64,000 bases of DNA from Candidatus Saccharimonadia bacterium (GTDB taxonomy: Bacteria; Patescibacteriota; Saccharimonadia; UBA4664; JBBRNT01), in NCBI GenBank assembly GCA_038230095.1, contig JBBRNT010000005.1, positions 18,619-82,618 on the forward strand, written 5' to 3'. Below the pieces are notes generated by a model. The model was not told the origin of the DNA, ran no database searches, and saw nothing but the letters and a program-made list of their open reading frames with translations. Below are positions 48,188-60,100 of this stretch, piece by piece (within the stretch, counting starts at the first letter, position 1; each line of letters begins with the position of its first letter). The translations under genes and the position numbers were made by a program.

Positions 48188-48406
48188 ATGGGCGACCATG
48201 GTTACTACGATCTGACACCAGAACAGGAAAGAAGTCAGGCGGAGCATGCAGCTAGCGAACTCGAGCAGGTCTACAGCCGTGATAGTTACAAGTACGTCGA
48301 CATTTGCCTGGATTGTGGCTGCCATGTAGCCAGACGAAAGACCCACGACCAAGTCTGCGTGCCCAAGCTGGAGCGTAGGACTCAAGCATCGGGAGAAGGA
48401 GCATGA
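48188..48406 (+). CDS. small Cys/His protein
   Basis: AAGGAG RBS; CLDCGC..H...C. Confidence 0.65.
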   Translation: MGDHGYYDLTPEQERSQAEHAASELEQVYSRDSYKYVDICLDCGCHVARRKTHDQVCVPKLERRTQASGEGA

Positions 48407-49245
48407 CAACTTACGAGGATGTTGATCGGGGCATCTACCACGAGCGCTTGCTCCTGGTTGCCCAAAGTCCACTGCGGCCAATTTTAGTAGAGTTGGCAGC
48501 CGCCCTAGCTGAGTTCCAGCTAGCCCACCCAATTGCCGCGCGGTATGCACAGGCGCGCTATGAGCTTCTGCTGGCCTCCTGGTCGGCAGCTAGTGTGGGC
48601 TGGTGCACTAAGTGCCGCCAGATAGGGCTGGAGCTGCCGCAGCGCTACTGTGTTGAAACCACCAGACACTGCTCCAAGCTAGATAGCGACTACGATGTTG
48701 TGAGCTGGGATGAAGCCGTGACCGAAATCCACTGGCTGTGCAGCACCTGCCGCGGCGCATGCGCGAACCTATACCCCTGCGAGCTCCGCGATGGTTACTG
48801 GTGGTGCGGCCTCGGCGAGGCAGCTTGGGTGCCACGGCGGCCCACCGTGCACGAATTTACGCTGAAAACACTCGATGCTCTGAGTACAGCTCAGCAGCAA
48901 ACCTTGGAACGGAGGTGGGGCCTGCTACCGGCTCTGGGCCTGTCACCGTCCGACGTTACGGGTCCATGCCGTGTCTGGATCGCAGCCCATCTACCTCTCG
49001 TTACCGGCTACACGGCCGATGCAACTCATATCCAGGCGGTGCTAGAAGAGACGGCCATGGCCAACAGCCACCTGGGCGCTACATCTGAGCAACTGGCCAA
49101 AATGATTGGCCCGTGGACCAATTGCCCTCACTGCGGAGCAGGGCCAGGCTATCAGGAGCGCCGCAACCACAACATGACGTGGGGCGACGCAGATATACAT
49201 TGCTCCCTCTGCCACGGCTATGTGAGGAGCTGGGATGCAAGCTGA
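48403..49245 (+). CDS. Cys-rich multi-zinc-ribbon hypothetical protein
   Basis: AAGGAG RBS, ATGA coupling; CTKC, CSTC, CPHC, CSLC. Confidence 0.65.
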   Translation: MTTYEDVDRGIYHERLLLVAQSPLRPILVELAAALAEFQLAHPIAARYAQARYELLLASWSAASVGWCTKCRQIGLELPQRYCVETTRHCSKLDSDYDVVSWDEAVTEIHWLCSTCRGACANLYPCELRDGYWWCGLGEAAWVPRRPTVHEFTLKTLDALSTAQQQTLERRWGLLPALGLSPSDVTGPCRVWIAAHLPLVTGYTADATHIQAVLEETAMANSHLGATSEQLAKMIGPWTNCPHCGAGPGYQERRNHNMTWGDADIHCSLCHGYVRSWDAS

Positions 49246-49438
49246 GCCAATTAACTTCTTTCCTATTACGGTGCGGGTAATCATTGATGGACGGATACTA
49301 GCCGCTAGCCTTGAAGGGTACCGGCAGGTGCCAGGACAGTTCTACCCCACGCATACCCTAGCGATAGTGACGGTCGCCGGCCAGCTAAGCCAGCTAGTCT
49401 GCCTGACACAGCTCCTAGATGAATCGGACGCCGCGTGA
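49235..49438 (+). CDS. hypothetical protein
   Basis: AGGAG RBS, overlaps neighbouring ORFs in operon fashion. Confidence 0.55.
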   Translation: MQAEPINFFPITVRVIIDGRILAASLEGYRQVPGQFYPTHTLAIVTVAGQLSQLVCLTQLLDESDAA

Positions 49439-49824
49439 CTCGAATGCAAGCGGCTTGGCGGCTGCTTCGGCTTTGCGGTGTGCCTGTGGGCACTGCGGGG
49501 GCGCGTGAGGTGGCGTGGTTCCTGGCCTGGCTTGCGGGGCAGCAGCCAAAAGTCCTGTCTCGGTTTGACCCCGGGCGCAATGATGAGCATACCCGGGAAC
49601 CAGTGCATGACGAGAGCTACTGGTGGACCAAGCTGTGCATGTACCACCACCGCGCAGCCCAGCTGGGGCTGGAAAGCCCAGAAGGGCGCCAGGTAGTGTT
49701 TGAGCTAGCCGCTACTGCGGCAGGCTGGTGTGCGTCCATCGTACGTGTGTACGGCCAACCCAGCTCCGCTAGTGACGACTTCCGAGCCGGTGTAACAGGT
49801 CTTGATGCCATGACTAAGCCCTAG
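49435..49824 (+). CDS. hypothetical protein
   Basis: GTGA coupling; followed by terminator GACCCCGATAGA-gtaa-TCTGTCGGGGTC-T5. Confidence 0.6.
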   Translation: MTRMQAAWRLLRLCGVPVGTAGAREVAWFLAWLAGQQPKVLSRFDPGRNDEHTREPVHDESYWWTKLCMYHHRAAQLGLESPEGRQVVFELAATAAGWCASIVRVYGQPSSASDDFRAGVTGLDAMTKP

Positions 49825-49864
49825 CCCAACTGACCCCGATAGAGTAATCTGTCGGGGTCTTTTA

Positions 49865-51517
49865 CTAGACCTGGCCTATCTGGAGCGTCTCGCCACCAAG
49901 CTTATCGGTGAAGTAGCTATCATGCGAGATGTAGAGAATGGCGCCGTGGTAGTTGGTAAGCGCTTTTTCGAGCTCTTCGATAGACGGCAGGTCTAGGTGA
50001 TTGGTAGGCTCGTCTAGGATGAGCAGATTGGGCTCCCCGGCCAGCATATTAATAAGCTGGAAGCGGGCTTTCTGGCCACCGCTAAGCACACTGATAGGTA
50101 GCTGGTAGTCGGTGGTAGGATCAAACAGGTACTGCGATAGAGTTTGGCGAACTTTCTGATCATTAATAGGCAGTTCATTAATGCGAAATACTTCAATAAC
50201 AGCGTCGCCAAGCGTCATTTCCAGATAGCGTCCGTCAATTTCTTGTTCATACAGGCCAATCTTGGTAGTACGGTCAATGACAATCTGGCCGCCAAATACC
50301 TGTGCCCGGCTCTCGCCCAACCCGGCCGTAGCAAGGATTTGTCGGACTAGTGTGGTTTTACCTGCACCGTTACGGCCACGTACCTGCAGGCGGTCGCTAT
50401 AGCGCAGCTGGGTAGTAATATTGGCAAATAATGGCTCCTTATAGCCCAAGGAGAGCCTGTCTAGCCCGAGGAGCTGGTGATAGCGGCCACTACCACCCTC
50501 GGTCGAGATACGGATGTTCTTCGCCTTGTACTTGTCATAGCGGTCAACTACCTTGTCCTGCAGCTGCTCCATCGAATCCGAATCTATCCAGAATGACGGC
50601 TTGACCATACTGGCCTTCAGCTCCTCATAGTGTTTGGTGAGTCGACGCTCCATAGGGATGAATGGGTTTGGCGTCTTGGAGGAGCCGGCCTTCTTCGCCC
50701 GGACTTCTTGGATCTGCTCATGCAGCTTCTCTAGCGTGCGCTGGGCTATCTCGTACTGGGCCATGGCCGTGACGGTGGCGACGCTATTCTGCTTGAGATA
50801 GTCATCATAGTTGCCGGTGTAGCTGACGGCGCGTTGTTCTTTTATCTCTATAATGCGGTCGACGTAGCGCAGGACGTCGCGGTCATGGCTAATAACACAG
50901 ACCGACTCCCCAGCGTTCTTAAACCACTCTATGAACTGCTGCTTGGCAATATAATCCATGTGGTTGGTGGGCTCGTCGATAAGCGCCAGATCGGCCTTGG
51001 ACTGAGTGACCTTGGCCAGCTCGACGAAGCGCTTCTGGCCACCAGACAGACGCGCCATGGGGGCGTAAGCTAGATCACGGTTAATCTGGTAGGCTTCTAG
51101 CGTCTGGACCACTTTGTCCTCCACTTCGTAGTAGCCCAGCTCGGTAAAGCGAGTAAGGGCGTCGCTATACTCGTGGATCTTCTTCATATCCTCACCCATA
51201 TGCTCGGGGTAAGTGTCTAGAATGTGCTTGAGTGCAGCGTACTGCGGAAGCTCGCTCAGTACGTAGCTGACCGCTGTAACTTCTTCTGGAAGATGGTGCT
51301 CCTGAGCAGTAGCTACCACTATGAGCCCACGGCGCGTCTGGATTGACCCATCATACTGAGGATCTTCCCCCGTGAGAATTCGAAACAGTGAGGTCTTGCC
51401 GACGCCATTGCGCCCAATAAGGGCAACTTTCTCATTATCTTGAAGCGTAATCTTCAGATCCCGGAAGAGGTGCTTGGTGCCGAGAGTCTTGTTGGTAATT
51501 TCTGCAGTAAGTAACAT
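49865..51517 (-). CDS. ABC-F family ATPase
   Basis: two NBDs (GRNGVGKT, GRNGAGKT, LSGGQ twice, DEPTNH twice), no TM domain. Confidence 0.93.
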   Translation of the reverse strand: MLLTAEITNKTLGTKHLFRDLKITLQDNEKVALIGRNGVGKTSLFRILTGEDPQYDGSIQTRRGLIVVATAQEHHLPEEVTAVSYVLSELPQYAALKHILDTYPEHMGEDMKKIHEYSDALTRFTELGYYEVEDKVVQTLEAYQINRDLAYAPMARLSGGQKRFVELAKVTQSKADLALIDEPTNHMDYIAKQQFIEWFKNAGESVCVISHDRDVLRYVDRIIEIKEQRAVSYTGNYDDYLKQNSVATVTAMAQYEIAQRTLEKLHEQIQEVRAKKAGSSKTPNPFIPMERRLTKHYEELKASMVKPSFWIDSDSMEQLQDKVVDRYDKYKAKNIRISTEGGSGRYHQLLGLDRLSLGYKEPLFANITTQLRYSDRLQVRGRNGAGKTTLVRQILATAGLGESRAQVFGGQIVIDRTTKIGLYEQEIDGRYLEMTLGDAVIEVFRINELPINDQKVRQTLSQYLFDPTTDYQLPISVLSGGQKARFQLINMLAGEPNLLILDEPTNHLDLPSIEELEKALTNYHGAILYISHDSYFTDKLGGETLQIGQV

Positions 51518-51643
51518 AACCCAGGTATATTACGCTAGGCTAGCCCGAACTGCAACCTAGAAACTATTGACAATACATTGTGCTTATGGTACTATGATGC
51601 GGTTCTCGAGAAATCGTCTCGGAATGGACCCCAGGAGTTTGAC

Positions 51644-52132
51644 ATGAATCGCAACCCCTACCTCACCAACCTACTGCTGATCGCCGTGTCCCTCGTGGCC
51701 ATGGTCACACTCGCCGGCCAGAACACTGCCTTCGCTGGAGGAACCGGGTGTCCGGCAACACCAGAGCAGATCGCCCAATGGGCGGCCGATGGTGTCGCCA
51801 ACCCCTGTGTCCTCATCGCCACAGACACCCCGCCGGTCCCTCACCAGCTCAGCTGGACACGGGGCCACGGCTACAGTGGCGACCGGGCATTTGCCTTCAT
51901 TGCCACTACCCGCAACCGCGCCAAGCAGCTGTGCGTGACCATTGGCGCCAAGAACGGCGCCTACCTGGCTACTGCCACGGTCACAGTCGAGAGTATCCGT
52001 CACGACCTGGCTGTCGGCACGGCTGTTGCCACCACTCAGTTGCGCCCCAACAGCCATGGGATTGCTAGGTTCTGCCCAAGCGCTGCCTGGCGGGTAATCG
52101 GTGCCAGCGTCGTTGCTGGGACCAGCACCTGA
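51644..52132 (+). CDS. secreted hypothetical protein
   Basis: TTGACA-17-TACTAT promoter, AGGAG RBS, signal peptide ending AFA. Confidence 0.7.
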   Translation: MNRNPYLTNLLLIAVSLVAMVTLAGQNTAFAGGTGCPATPEQIAQWAADGVANPCVLIATDTPPVPHQLSWTRGHGYSGDRAFAFIATTRNRAKQLCVTIGAKNGAYLATATVTVESIRHDLAVGTAVATTQLRPNSHGIARFCPSAAWRVIGASVVAGTST

Positions 52133-52201
52133 CGACCACGTTCTACCCTTCTGCCCCGCTTCGAGCTCTACAGCTCGGGGCGGGGCGTTTCATTTCTATC
52201 C

Positions 52202-52230
52202 AAAAAAGCCACCCGTAAGGGTGGCTTTTT
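52202..52230 (-). terminator. terminator after rpsG
   Basis: A6-GCCACC-cgtaag-GGTGGC-T5. Confidence 0.85.
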
Positions 52231-52253
52231 GGTACCTGCTTGCTCGGGAAGTA

Positions 52254-52730
52254 CTAGTACCGGGCGAAGTGGGCAAAGGCCTTGTTAGCCTCGGCCATCT
52301 TGTGAGTATCTTCTTTCTTCTTGATAGCGTCGCCAGTATTGTTGTAGCCGTTCATAATCTCGTCAGCAAGACGCTTGTCGAAACTAGAGCCGGACTTGCC
52401 ATTGGCAGCGTTCAGCATCCAGGTCATAGCGAGGTGGATCTTGCGGTCGCCACGCACTTCGATTGGCACTTGGTAGGTGGCGCCGCCGATACGTTTGGCT
52501 TTGACCTGCACCTGAGGAGAAACATTCTTGATAGCACCCTCAAACACATCCATTGCTGGCTGCTTGGTCTTGGCTTCAACAATTTCCATGGCACCGTAGA
52601 CTAGGCTCTCGGCTAGGCGCTTCTTGCCGCTCTTCATGACCTTGTTGATGAGCTTGGCGACAAGTACATTGCTGTAGCGAATGTCGGGCTCAATTACACG
52701 CTTAAAGGACTTGGTTTTCTTACGAGGCAT
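52254..52730 (-). CDS. rpsG: 30S ribosomal protein S7
   Basis: RIGGATYQVP, HKMAEANKAFAH. Confidence 0.98.
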   Translation of the reverse strand: MPRKKTKSFKRVIEPDIRYSNVLVAKLINKVMKSGKKRLAESLVYGAMEIVEAKTKQPAMDVFEGAIKNVSPQVQVKAKRIGGATYQVPIEVRGDRKIHLAMTWMLNAANGKSGSSFDKRLADEIMNGYNNTGDAIKKKEDTHKMAEANKAFAHFARY

Positions 52731-52801
52731 GTTTCACTCCTTTCAAGAGTTACTACCACACTTGGATCAAAGGACTCCAGGTGGTTTGCTTAAGGCCTAG
52801 A

Positions 52802-53218
52802 TCAGGCTTTCTTTTCTTTCTTAGCACCGTACTTGGAACGACCCTGCGCGCGCTTGGCGGCACCGGCAGTATCCAGAGCACCGCGAACAATATGGTAACG
52901 TACACCACCGAGGTCCTTGACGCGACCACCGCGGATAAGCACAACGGAGTGCTCCTGCAGATTGTGGCCAATGCCAGGAATGTAGGCGGTGACTTCCATG
53001 CCGTTGGTCAACCGTACGCGAGCAACCTTACGCAAAGCGGAGTTAGGCTTACGAGGAGTTTGCGTATACACCTTGATACAGACACCACGCTTAAATGGCG
53101 ATGGAGCTGGGGTAGTCTTAGCCTTCAGGGCGTTCAGATTGCGGCCGAGCGCAGGCGTAGGCGACTTGGTCGTCTTCGACTTGCGGGGCTTGCGGATGAG
53201 TTGATTGATAGTTGGCAT
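52802..53218 (-). CDS. rpsL: 30S ribosomal protein S12
   Basis: [25 protein letters not shown]. Confidence 0.98.
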   Translation of the reverse strand: MPTINQLIRKPRKSKTTKSPTPALGRNLNALKAKTTPAPSPFKRGVCIKVYTQTPRKPNSALRKVARVRLTNGMEVTAYIPGIGHNLQEHSVVLIRGGRVKDLGGVRYHIVRGALDTAGAAKRAQGRSKYGAKKEKKA

Positions 53219-53282
53219 GTGTTTGTAATTAGACTTCCGTATTTAAGCAGATTTCTCTGATCGGGTCAATGCTTTCGCTAGA

Positions 53283-56200
53283 TTAGGCGGCCTCAGGGGC
53301 TACTTCGTCGGTGCGTCGAGCGTCGCGGGTGGCACGCTCTACGGCCTTTACCTCGGCGGCCAGGGCGGCAGCAGCGGCGGCGGCTTCAGGACGGAAGCCG
53401 GTACCCACAGGGATAAGGCGACCGATGATCACGTTCTCTTTCAGACCACGGAGGCGATCGATCTTACCGCGAGTGGCGGCGTTGATGAGCACGCGGGTGG
53501 TGTCCTGGAAGGAGGCGGCTGACAGGAACGAATCGGACGAGGTCGAGATCTTGGTAATAGACAGGAGTAGTTGCTCGAAGGTAGCCGTTTTCTTGCCCTC
53601 AGCGTCGAGGATAGCATTCTCTTCAACAACGCTCATCTTGGTGACAATGTCGCCGGTGACAAATAGGCTATCGCCCGGCTCTTCTATCTGGACACGGCTG
53701 AACATTTGGCGAATGATCACCTCGATGTGCTTGTCCGCAATGGCCTGACCTTGCGAGGCGTAGATGGACTGAATTTCTGCCACAATGTAGCGCTGGACGG
53801 CGCCTTCGCCGAGCAGTTCGAGCATTTCTTGTAGGTTGATAGAGCCTTCGGTCAGACGAGCACCGACAGTCACGACGTCACCAGTGGTCACTGTTAGGTT
53901 GTAATAGTTAGGAATGGAGTATTCCTTGTCGCCACCGCCGTCTTCGGTGAGCTTGATGCTAGTCTTACCAACCTTGACGATACCGGCCACTTTGGCCTTG
54001 ATAGCATGCTTGCCCTTGGCATCGGCAGCTAGGACGTCGCCAGGTACCACCTTCTGACCGCTCTTAACGGCGGCTGTGCGGTTTTCTAGCTCATACTCGG
54101 TAACCTTGAGCTCGGCTGGCGCAATGCGTACCAGGTGCTTACCAGGGGCTTGTTTGACGGTGATAACACCGGCCACGTCGGCAAGTACTGCCTGACCCTT
54201 TGGATTACGGGCTTCGAAGATTTCCTCAACACGTGGCAGACCGGAGGTAATGTCCTCGCCGGCAACACCACCCTTATGGAAGGTACGCATGGTGAGCTGG
54301 GTACCGGGCTCGCCAATAGACTGGGCAGCGATAACGCCGACTGGCTCGCCGAGCTTGACTAGACCACCGCGGGCCAGGTCTAGGCCGTAGCACATTTGGC
54401 AGGCGCCCCAGAAGGTGCGGCACTTAAGCACGGTGCGGACTTTGACAAACTCGAGGCCACTGGCGTCGATAGCGTCCGACTGTGGAGCAGTGATCATCTC
54501 ACCGGACTTCACCAGGACTTCGCCGTCTGGGCTGACAATCTTATCGAGCGCAACGCGGCCAGAGATACGGGTAGCAAACTTCTCACCGATGAGCTCAGAC
54601 TCGCTACGGTTTAGGATACTGCCTTCAGTGTCACCACAATCGGCTTCGGTGATAATCACATCTTGGGATACGTCCACCATACGGCGGGTTAGGTAGCCAG
54701 ACTCGGCAGTCTTCAGAGCGGTATCGGTAAGACCCTTACGGGCACCGTGTGAGGAGTTGAAGTACTCCAGAACGGAGAAGCCTTCTTTGTAGTTACTTTT
54801 AATTGGCAGCTCAATGGTGCGACCACTTGGGTCGGCTACCAGACCAAGCATACCGGCCACCTGGTTGACCTGGGATAGGTCACCACGGGCACCAGAGTCG
54901 ACAAACAATGCGGCGCTAGTTGATTCCTTGCGCAAGGTCTTCTCAAGCTCATTGGTAATCTGACTATTGGCATTCTGCCAGGTCTCGACTGTGCGCTGAT
55001 AGCGCTCGTCGTCGGTGATAAGACCCTGACCGAATTGCTTACTAATCTCAATGGCCTGCTTTTCGGCGGCTTCGAGAATTTCTGGCTTCTTTTCGGGAAT
55101 GATGTAATCGTCTACGGAGATGGATACACCAGAGATGGTGGCGTGCTTGAAGCCCAGGTCCTTAATATCGTCAACCACGCGAGCGGTTTCTTCGGTGCCA
55201 TACTTGGCGAAGATCTCGGCGATAAGGCGCTGGAGGGTCTTTTTGGCTAGGATCTCATTACGGAAGCCAAAGGTCTCAGGCAGGATTTCGTTGAAGAGAA
55301 TCCGACCGACCGTAGTCTCCAGCATGGCGCCCTCAATAGGCACGAGGATCTTGGTTTGGAGCTTAATCAGGCCCATGTCATAGGCGTAAATAGCCTCATT
55401 GGTGTGGGTGTAGGCCTTGGGCTTGGCGTCGCTGCCGGCAAACTTGTCATAAGTGAGATAGTAGCAGCCCAGGACAATGTCCTGACCTGGGTTAACCACT
55501 GTGGCGCCGTCGGCAGGCTTCAGCAGGTTCTTAGAGGCCAACATAAGCTCGCGGGCTTCTTTCTGAGCAGCTTCGGACAATGGTACGTGAACGGCCATCT
55601 GGTCGCCGTCGAAGTCAGCGTTGAAAGCAGTACAGACGAGCGGGTGCAGCTGGATAGCCTTGCCTTCGATGAGGATAGGCTGGAAGGCCTGAATACCAAG
55701 GCGGTGAAGGGTGGGGGCGCGGTTAAGCAGGACATACTTGTCGGCGATGATCTCTTCCAGAACATCCCAAACCTCGGTGCGGCCACGCTCAATCATACGA
55801 CTGGCGCTCTTCACATTGTGGGCAAGACCCTGCTCGATAAGCTGGCTAATAACAAATGGCTTGAATAGCTCGAGAGCCATCATCTTGGGAAGACCACACT
55901 GGTGGAGCTTCAACGAAGGACCACTAATGATGACCGAGCGACCAGAATAGTCAACGCGCTTGCCGAGCAGGTTCTGGCGGAAACGACCCTGCTTGCCCTT
56001 GAGCATGTCGGACAGGCTCTTGAGCTTGCGGCGGGTACCAGTAGAGGACACGGCACGCTCACGACGAGCATTGTTGTCGATGAGGGCATCAACTGCCTCT
56101 TGGAGCATGCGCTTCTCATTGCGGCGGATGACTTCTGGAGCATCGAGCTCGATCAGACGACGCAGACGGTTGTTGCGGTTAATGACACGGCGGTAAAGGT

Positions 56201-57197
56201 CATTTAAGTCGGAGGCAGCAAAGCGGCCACCGGCCAACTGCACCATCGGGCGTAGGTCTGGCGGGATGACAGGCAGCTGAGTGATAACCATCCAGTGCGG
56301 CTCAATACTGGCGCTCTTCATACCTTCGAGCATTTTGAGACGCTTGAGGGTCTTCTTCTTTTTCTGACCCTGGCTGGCCTCGGCCTCGGCCTGGAGCTCA
56401 GTTACCATTTCGTCAACATTAATGCTGGCGAGTAGACCGCGGATAGCTTCGGCGCCAATTTCGGCCTTGAAGACATCGCCGTACTTCAGATTAAGGTCAC
56501 GGTACTTGCTCTCAGACAATAGCTGCAGCTTCACGAGACTTTCCAGCTCGGTTTTGGCCGAGGTGTAGCTGTTCTCAAGCTCAGTGAGCTCAGCGGACTG
56601 AGCAGTAGCTAGGCCCTTAATGTCCGCCTCAGCCTCACCAGCCTTGTGCTCGTAGCTCTTGCGAACTTCATTAATACGGGTCTGATAGTCGTGGTCTAGG
56701 TCCTGCACCGCTTTCTTGCGGCCTTCGTCGTTGACTTCTGTCACAATGTAGTTCGCAAAGTAGACGACACGCTCTAGGTCGCGCACGCTCATATTGAGCA
56801 CGAGACCGACGCTAGATGGGGTACCACGGAGGAACCAGATGTGGGTAACGGGTACAGCTAGGGTAATGTGGCCCATGCGCTCGCGGCGGACAATACTGCG
56901 GGTGACGCGGACGCCACACTTGTCGCAGACAACATCTTTGTAACGAATACGCTTGTACTTACCACAGTAACATTCCCAGTCCTTGGTAGGTCCGAAGATT
57001 TTCTCGCAGAAAAGACCATCTTTCTCAGGCTTCTGGGTGCGGTAATTGATGGTTTCTGGCTTGGTGACTTCACCGTGGGACCAACCGAGGATTTGCTCGG
57101 GGCTAGCCAGGGCGAGACGAACAGCCTCAAACTCGCTTGTCTGTTGATCAAGCGTTACGTCGCGGTCGGCGCGTGGTTCGTGAAATTCTCGTTCCAT
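53283..57197 (-). CDS. rpoC: RNA polymerase beta-prime subunit
   Basis: [29 protein letters not shown]. Confidence 0.99.
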   Translation of the reverse strand: MEREFHEPRADRDVTLDQQTSEFEAVRLALASPEQILGWSHGEVTKPETINYRTQKPEKDGLFCEKIFGPTKDWECYCGKYKRIRYKDVVCDKCGVRVTRSIVRRERMGHITLAVPVTHIWFLRGTPSSVGLVLNMSVRDLERVVYFANYIVTEVNDEGRKKAVQDLDHDYQTRINEVRKSYEHKAGEAEADIKGLATAQSAELTELENSYTSAKTELESLVKLQLLSESKYRDLNLKYGDVFKAEIGAEAIRGLLASINVDEMVTELQAEAEASQGQKKKKTLKRLKMLEGMKSASIEPHWMVITQLPVIPPDLRPMVQLAGGRFAASDLNDLYRRVINRNNRLRRLIELDAPEVIRRNEKRMLQEAVDALIDNNARRERAVSSTGTRRKLKSLSDMLKGKQGRFRQNLLGKRVDYSGRSVIISGPSLKLHQCGLPKMMALELFKPFVISQLIEQGLAHNVKSASRMIERGRTEVWDVLEEIIADKYVLLNRAPTLHRLGIQAFQPILIEGKAIQLHPLVCTAFNADFDGDQMAVHVPLSEAAQKEARELMLASKNLLKPADGATVVNPGQDIVLGCYYLTYDKFAGSDAKPKAYTHTNEAIYAYDMGLIKLQTKILVPIEGAMLETTVGRILFNEILPETFGFRNEILAKKTLQRLIAEIFAKYGTEETARVVDDIKDLGFKHATISGVSISVDDYIIPEKKPEILEAAEKQAIEISKQFGQGLITDDERYQRTVETWQNANSQITNELEKTLRKESTSAALFVDSGARGDLSQVNQVAGMLGLVADPSGRTIELPIKSNYKEGFSVLEYFNSSHGARKGLTDTALKTAESGYLTRRMVDVSQDVIITEADCGDTEGSILNRSESELIGEKFATRISGRVALDKIVSPDGEVLVKSGEMITAPQSDAIDASGLEFVKVRTVLKCRTFWGACQMCYGLDLARGGLVKLGEPVGVIAAQSIGEPGTQLTMRTFHKGGVAGEDITSGLPRVEEIFEARNPKGQAVLADVAGVITVKQAPGKHLVRIAPAELKVTEYELENRTAAVKSGQKVVPGDVLAADAKGKHAIKAKVAGIVKVGKTSIKLTEDGGGDKEYSIPNYYNLTVTTGDVVTVGARLTEGSINLQEMLELLGEGAVQRYIVAEIQSIYASQGQAIADKHIEVIIRQMFSRVQIEEPGDSLFVTGDIVTKMSVVEENAILDAEGKKTATFEQLLLSITKISTSSDSFLSAASFQDTTRVLINAATRGKIDRLRGLKENVIIGRLIPVGTGFRPEAAAAAAALAAEVKAVERATRDARRTDEVAPEAA

Positions 57198-60100
57198 TTA
57201 GACCTCCATTTCCGCATTAACTTCTGTGGCATCATTGTCCGGCGATTCTGATTGCTCGGCGAGGACAGCGAACTCGTCTTCGCTCTCACCAGCTAGGTCT
57301 ACTAGGGGCATGTCGGCTACAACTGCGTCGCCAATCATGAGCTTCTCGCTACCCAGATCGGTCACCTCTAGATCGGTCTCAGCAGAGATTACTGTCTCAG
57401 CGTCGACTTCACTGTCTACTTCCCCACTGTGGTCAGTGCGGATGAGGTCTACGGCCAGACCCAGTGACTGGAGCTCCTTGACCAAAACATTAAAGGACTC
57501 AGGGATACGTGGTCCACGAATAGGCTCGTTCTTAATGATGGCCTCATAGGCCTTAGAACGTCCAACCACGTCATCGGATTTAATGGTCAGGATTTCTTGC
57601 AGGGTATGAGCTGCACCATAGGCCTCAAGCGCCCAGACTTCCATCTCACCAAAGCGCTGGCCGCCCATTTGGGCTTTACCACCCAGCGGCTGCTGAGTAA
57701 CCATAGCGTACGGACCAGTGGAACGAGCATGGATCTTGTCGTCTACCATGTGAGTGAGCTTGAGCATGTATTTGTAGCCAACGGTGGTGCGCTCTTGGAA
57801 CGGCTCACCGGAGCGACCGTCAAAGAGCTGGACCTTACCGTCTTCGGGTAGGCCGGCCTTGCGGAGCTCGCCCTTAATCTCTTCCAGCGTGACGCCGTCG
57901 AAGACAGGGGTGGCTACCTTGTAGCCCAGAGTGGTGGCGGCCCAGCCGAGGTGGGTCTCGAAGATTTGACCCAGATTCATACGGGCACCCACGCCGAGGG
58001 GGTTAAGGATCATGTCGACTGGAGTACCATCTTCTAGGTATGGCATGTCCTCAATTGGCAGGATGCGAGCGATAACGCCCTTATTGCCGTGACGCCCGGC
58101 CATCTTGTCGCCAACGGAGATCTTGCGCATTTGAGCGACAGAGACCTGGAGCTGCTCGATGACACCTGGTGGCAGTTCATCGCCGTTCTCGCGGCTAAAG
58201 ACCTTGACGCCAACTACCTTACCGCGCTCGCCGTTAGGCATGCGGAGTGAGGTGTCTTTGACATCGCGAGCCTTCTCACCGAAGATGGCGCGAAGTAGCT
58301 TCTCTTCCGAGCTCAGCTCTTGCTCGCCCTTAGGCGTAATCTTACCGACGAGGATGTCGCCGGCAACTACTTCGGCCCCAATGCGGACAATACCGGTCTC
58401 GTCTAGGTCCTTCAGGCTGTCCTCGGAGACGTTGGCAATGTCACGGGTGATCACTTCCGGTCCCAGCTTGGTGTCGCGGACGTCGACGGTGTAGGTCTCA
58501 ATGTGGATAGAGGTAAAGCGGTCGTCCTTTACTAGGCTCTGCGAGAGTACAACGGCATCCTCAAAGTTGAAGCCGGCAAAGTTCATGAAGGCTACGAGAA
58601 TGTTCTGTCCCAAAGCGAGCTCGCCCTTGTCGGTAGACATACCGTCTACCAAGACGTCGCCTTTCTTCACATTCCAGCCACTTTCAGCAACGGTGCGTTG
58701 GTGGATGGACGTACCGACATTACTTCGGACGAAGTTCAGTAGTTCGTAGTTCTTGGTTTGACCATTCTTGTAGGTCACAGTGACTTCAGAGGCAGTAGCC
58801 TTGTCGACAACACCATCGGCCTCGGCCACAATGACCTGGCCAGAGTCGCGGGCGACAACGCCTTCTATGCCGGTACCAACCACTGGGGATTGAGGCTTAA
58901 TAAGCGCTACGGCTTGCTTCTGCATATTGGCGCCCATGAGGGCCCGACGGGCGTAGTCATGCTCGAGGAACGGGATGAGCGCAGTGGAGACGGAAACGAT
59001 CTGACGGCTAGAAACGTCCATGAAACGGACAGTGTTACTGTCTTCTTCCTCGGCCTCACCGGAGCGACGAACGCTCACACGGGCGTTGGTGAAGTAGCCA
59101 TCGTCGCCCACTTCGGTATTGGCCTCAGTGATGACGGCGTACTTCTCATCAGCGGCGTCCAAGTAGACCACTTCCTCGCTGACTTTGGCCTTCACAGGGA
59201 TAAGACCCTCGTGCTTAGCCAGCTTCTTTGCCATGGCAGCGGTAATAGTGTCACCAGGCTTAGCCACGACGGTACCGGAAGTATCCTTTAGGGTAGTGCG
59301 AGCAATGTGGCCAGCAACGTCGGCAACAGCAACTTCGCCGATAACGACGCGGTAGGGTGCTTCGATGAAGCCGTACTCATTGACTCGGGCAAAGCTCGCA
59401 AGGTTGAGTACGAGACCAATGTTTGGGCCTTCCGGAGTCTCAATAGGGCACATGCGACCGTAGTGGGTCTTATGAACGTCGCGGACTTCGAAACCGGCAC
59501 GTTCACGAGATAGACCACCAGGTCCCATAGCGTTCAGGCGGCGCTTGTGAGCAATTTCGGCTAGTGGATTGACCTGGTCCATGAACTGCGACAGCTGGGA
59601 GCTGGCAAAGAACTCGCGGACGCTGGCGACAATCGGTCGGACATTAATGAGCTGACCAGGGGTGACAGTGGCAATATCGTAGACAGACATGCGGTCCTTG
59701 ACGATACGCTCCATGCGCAACAAACCGATTCGGAACTTGCCCTGAATAAGCTCGCCAACCATCTTGAGGCGGCGATTGGCTAGGTTGTCGATGTCGTCTG
59801 CAACACCGCGACCATTGTGCAGGTTGATGATCTCGGTAACGATGGCTACCAGATCCTCACGGCGCAGCACGCGGTTGTCGGGAATGTTCTCAACGTCCAG
59901 GCCCAGACGCTTGTTGACTTTGTAACGACCGACCTTCGAGAAGTCATAACGCTTGAAATCGAAGAACATACTCTCAATGAGGCTCTTAGAGTTCTCAACA
60001 GTGGCTAGATCGCCCGGACGTATACGGCGATAGACCTCCATGAGCGCTTCAGAGGTAGTAGAGCTAGGGTCTTTGTCGAGTGTCTCATCTATAAGCTTGA

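Noticed and set aside
44590-52200. Integron attC sites or CRISPR repeats
   Set aside because: Hairpins lack RYYYAAC/GTTRRRY ends and regular spacing; no integrase or cas genes in the window.
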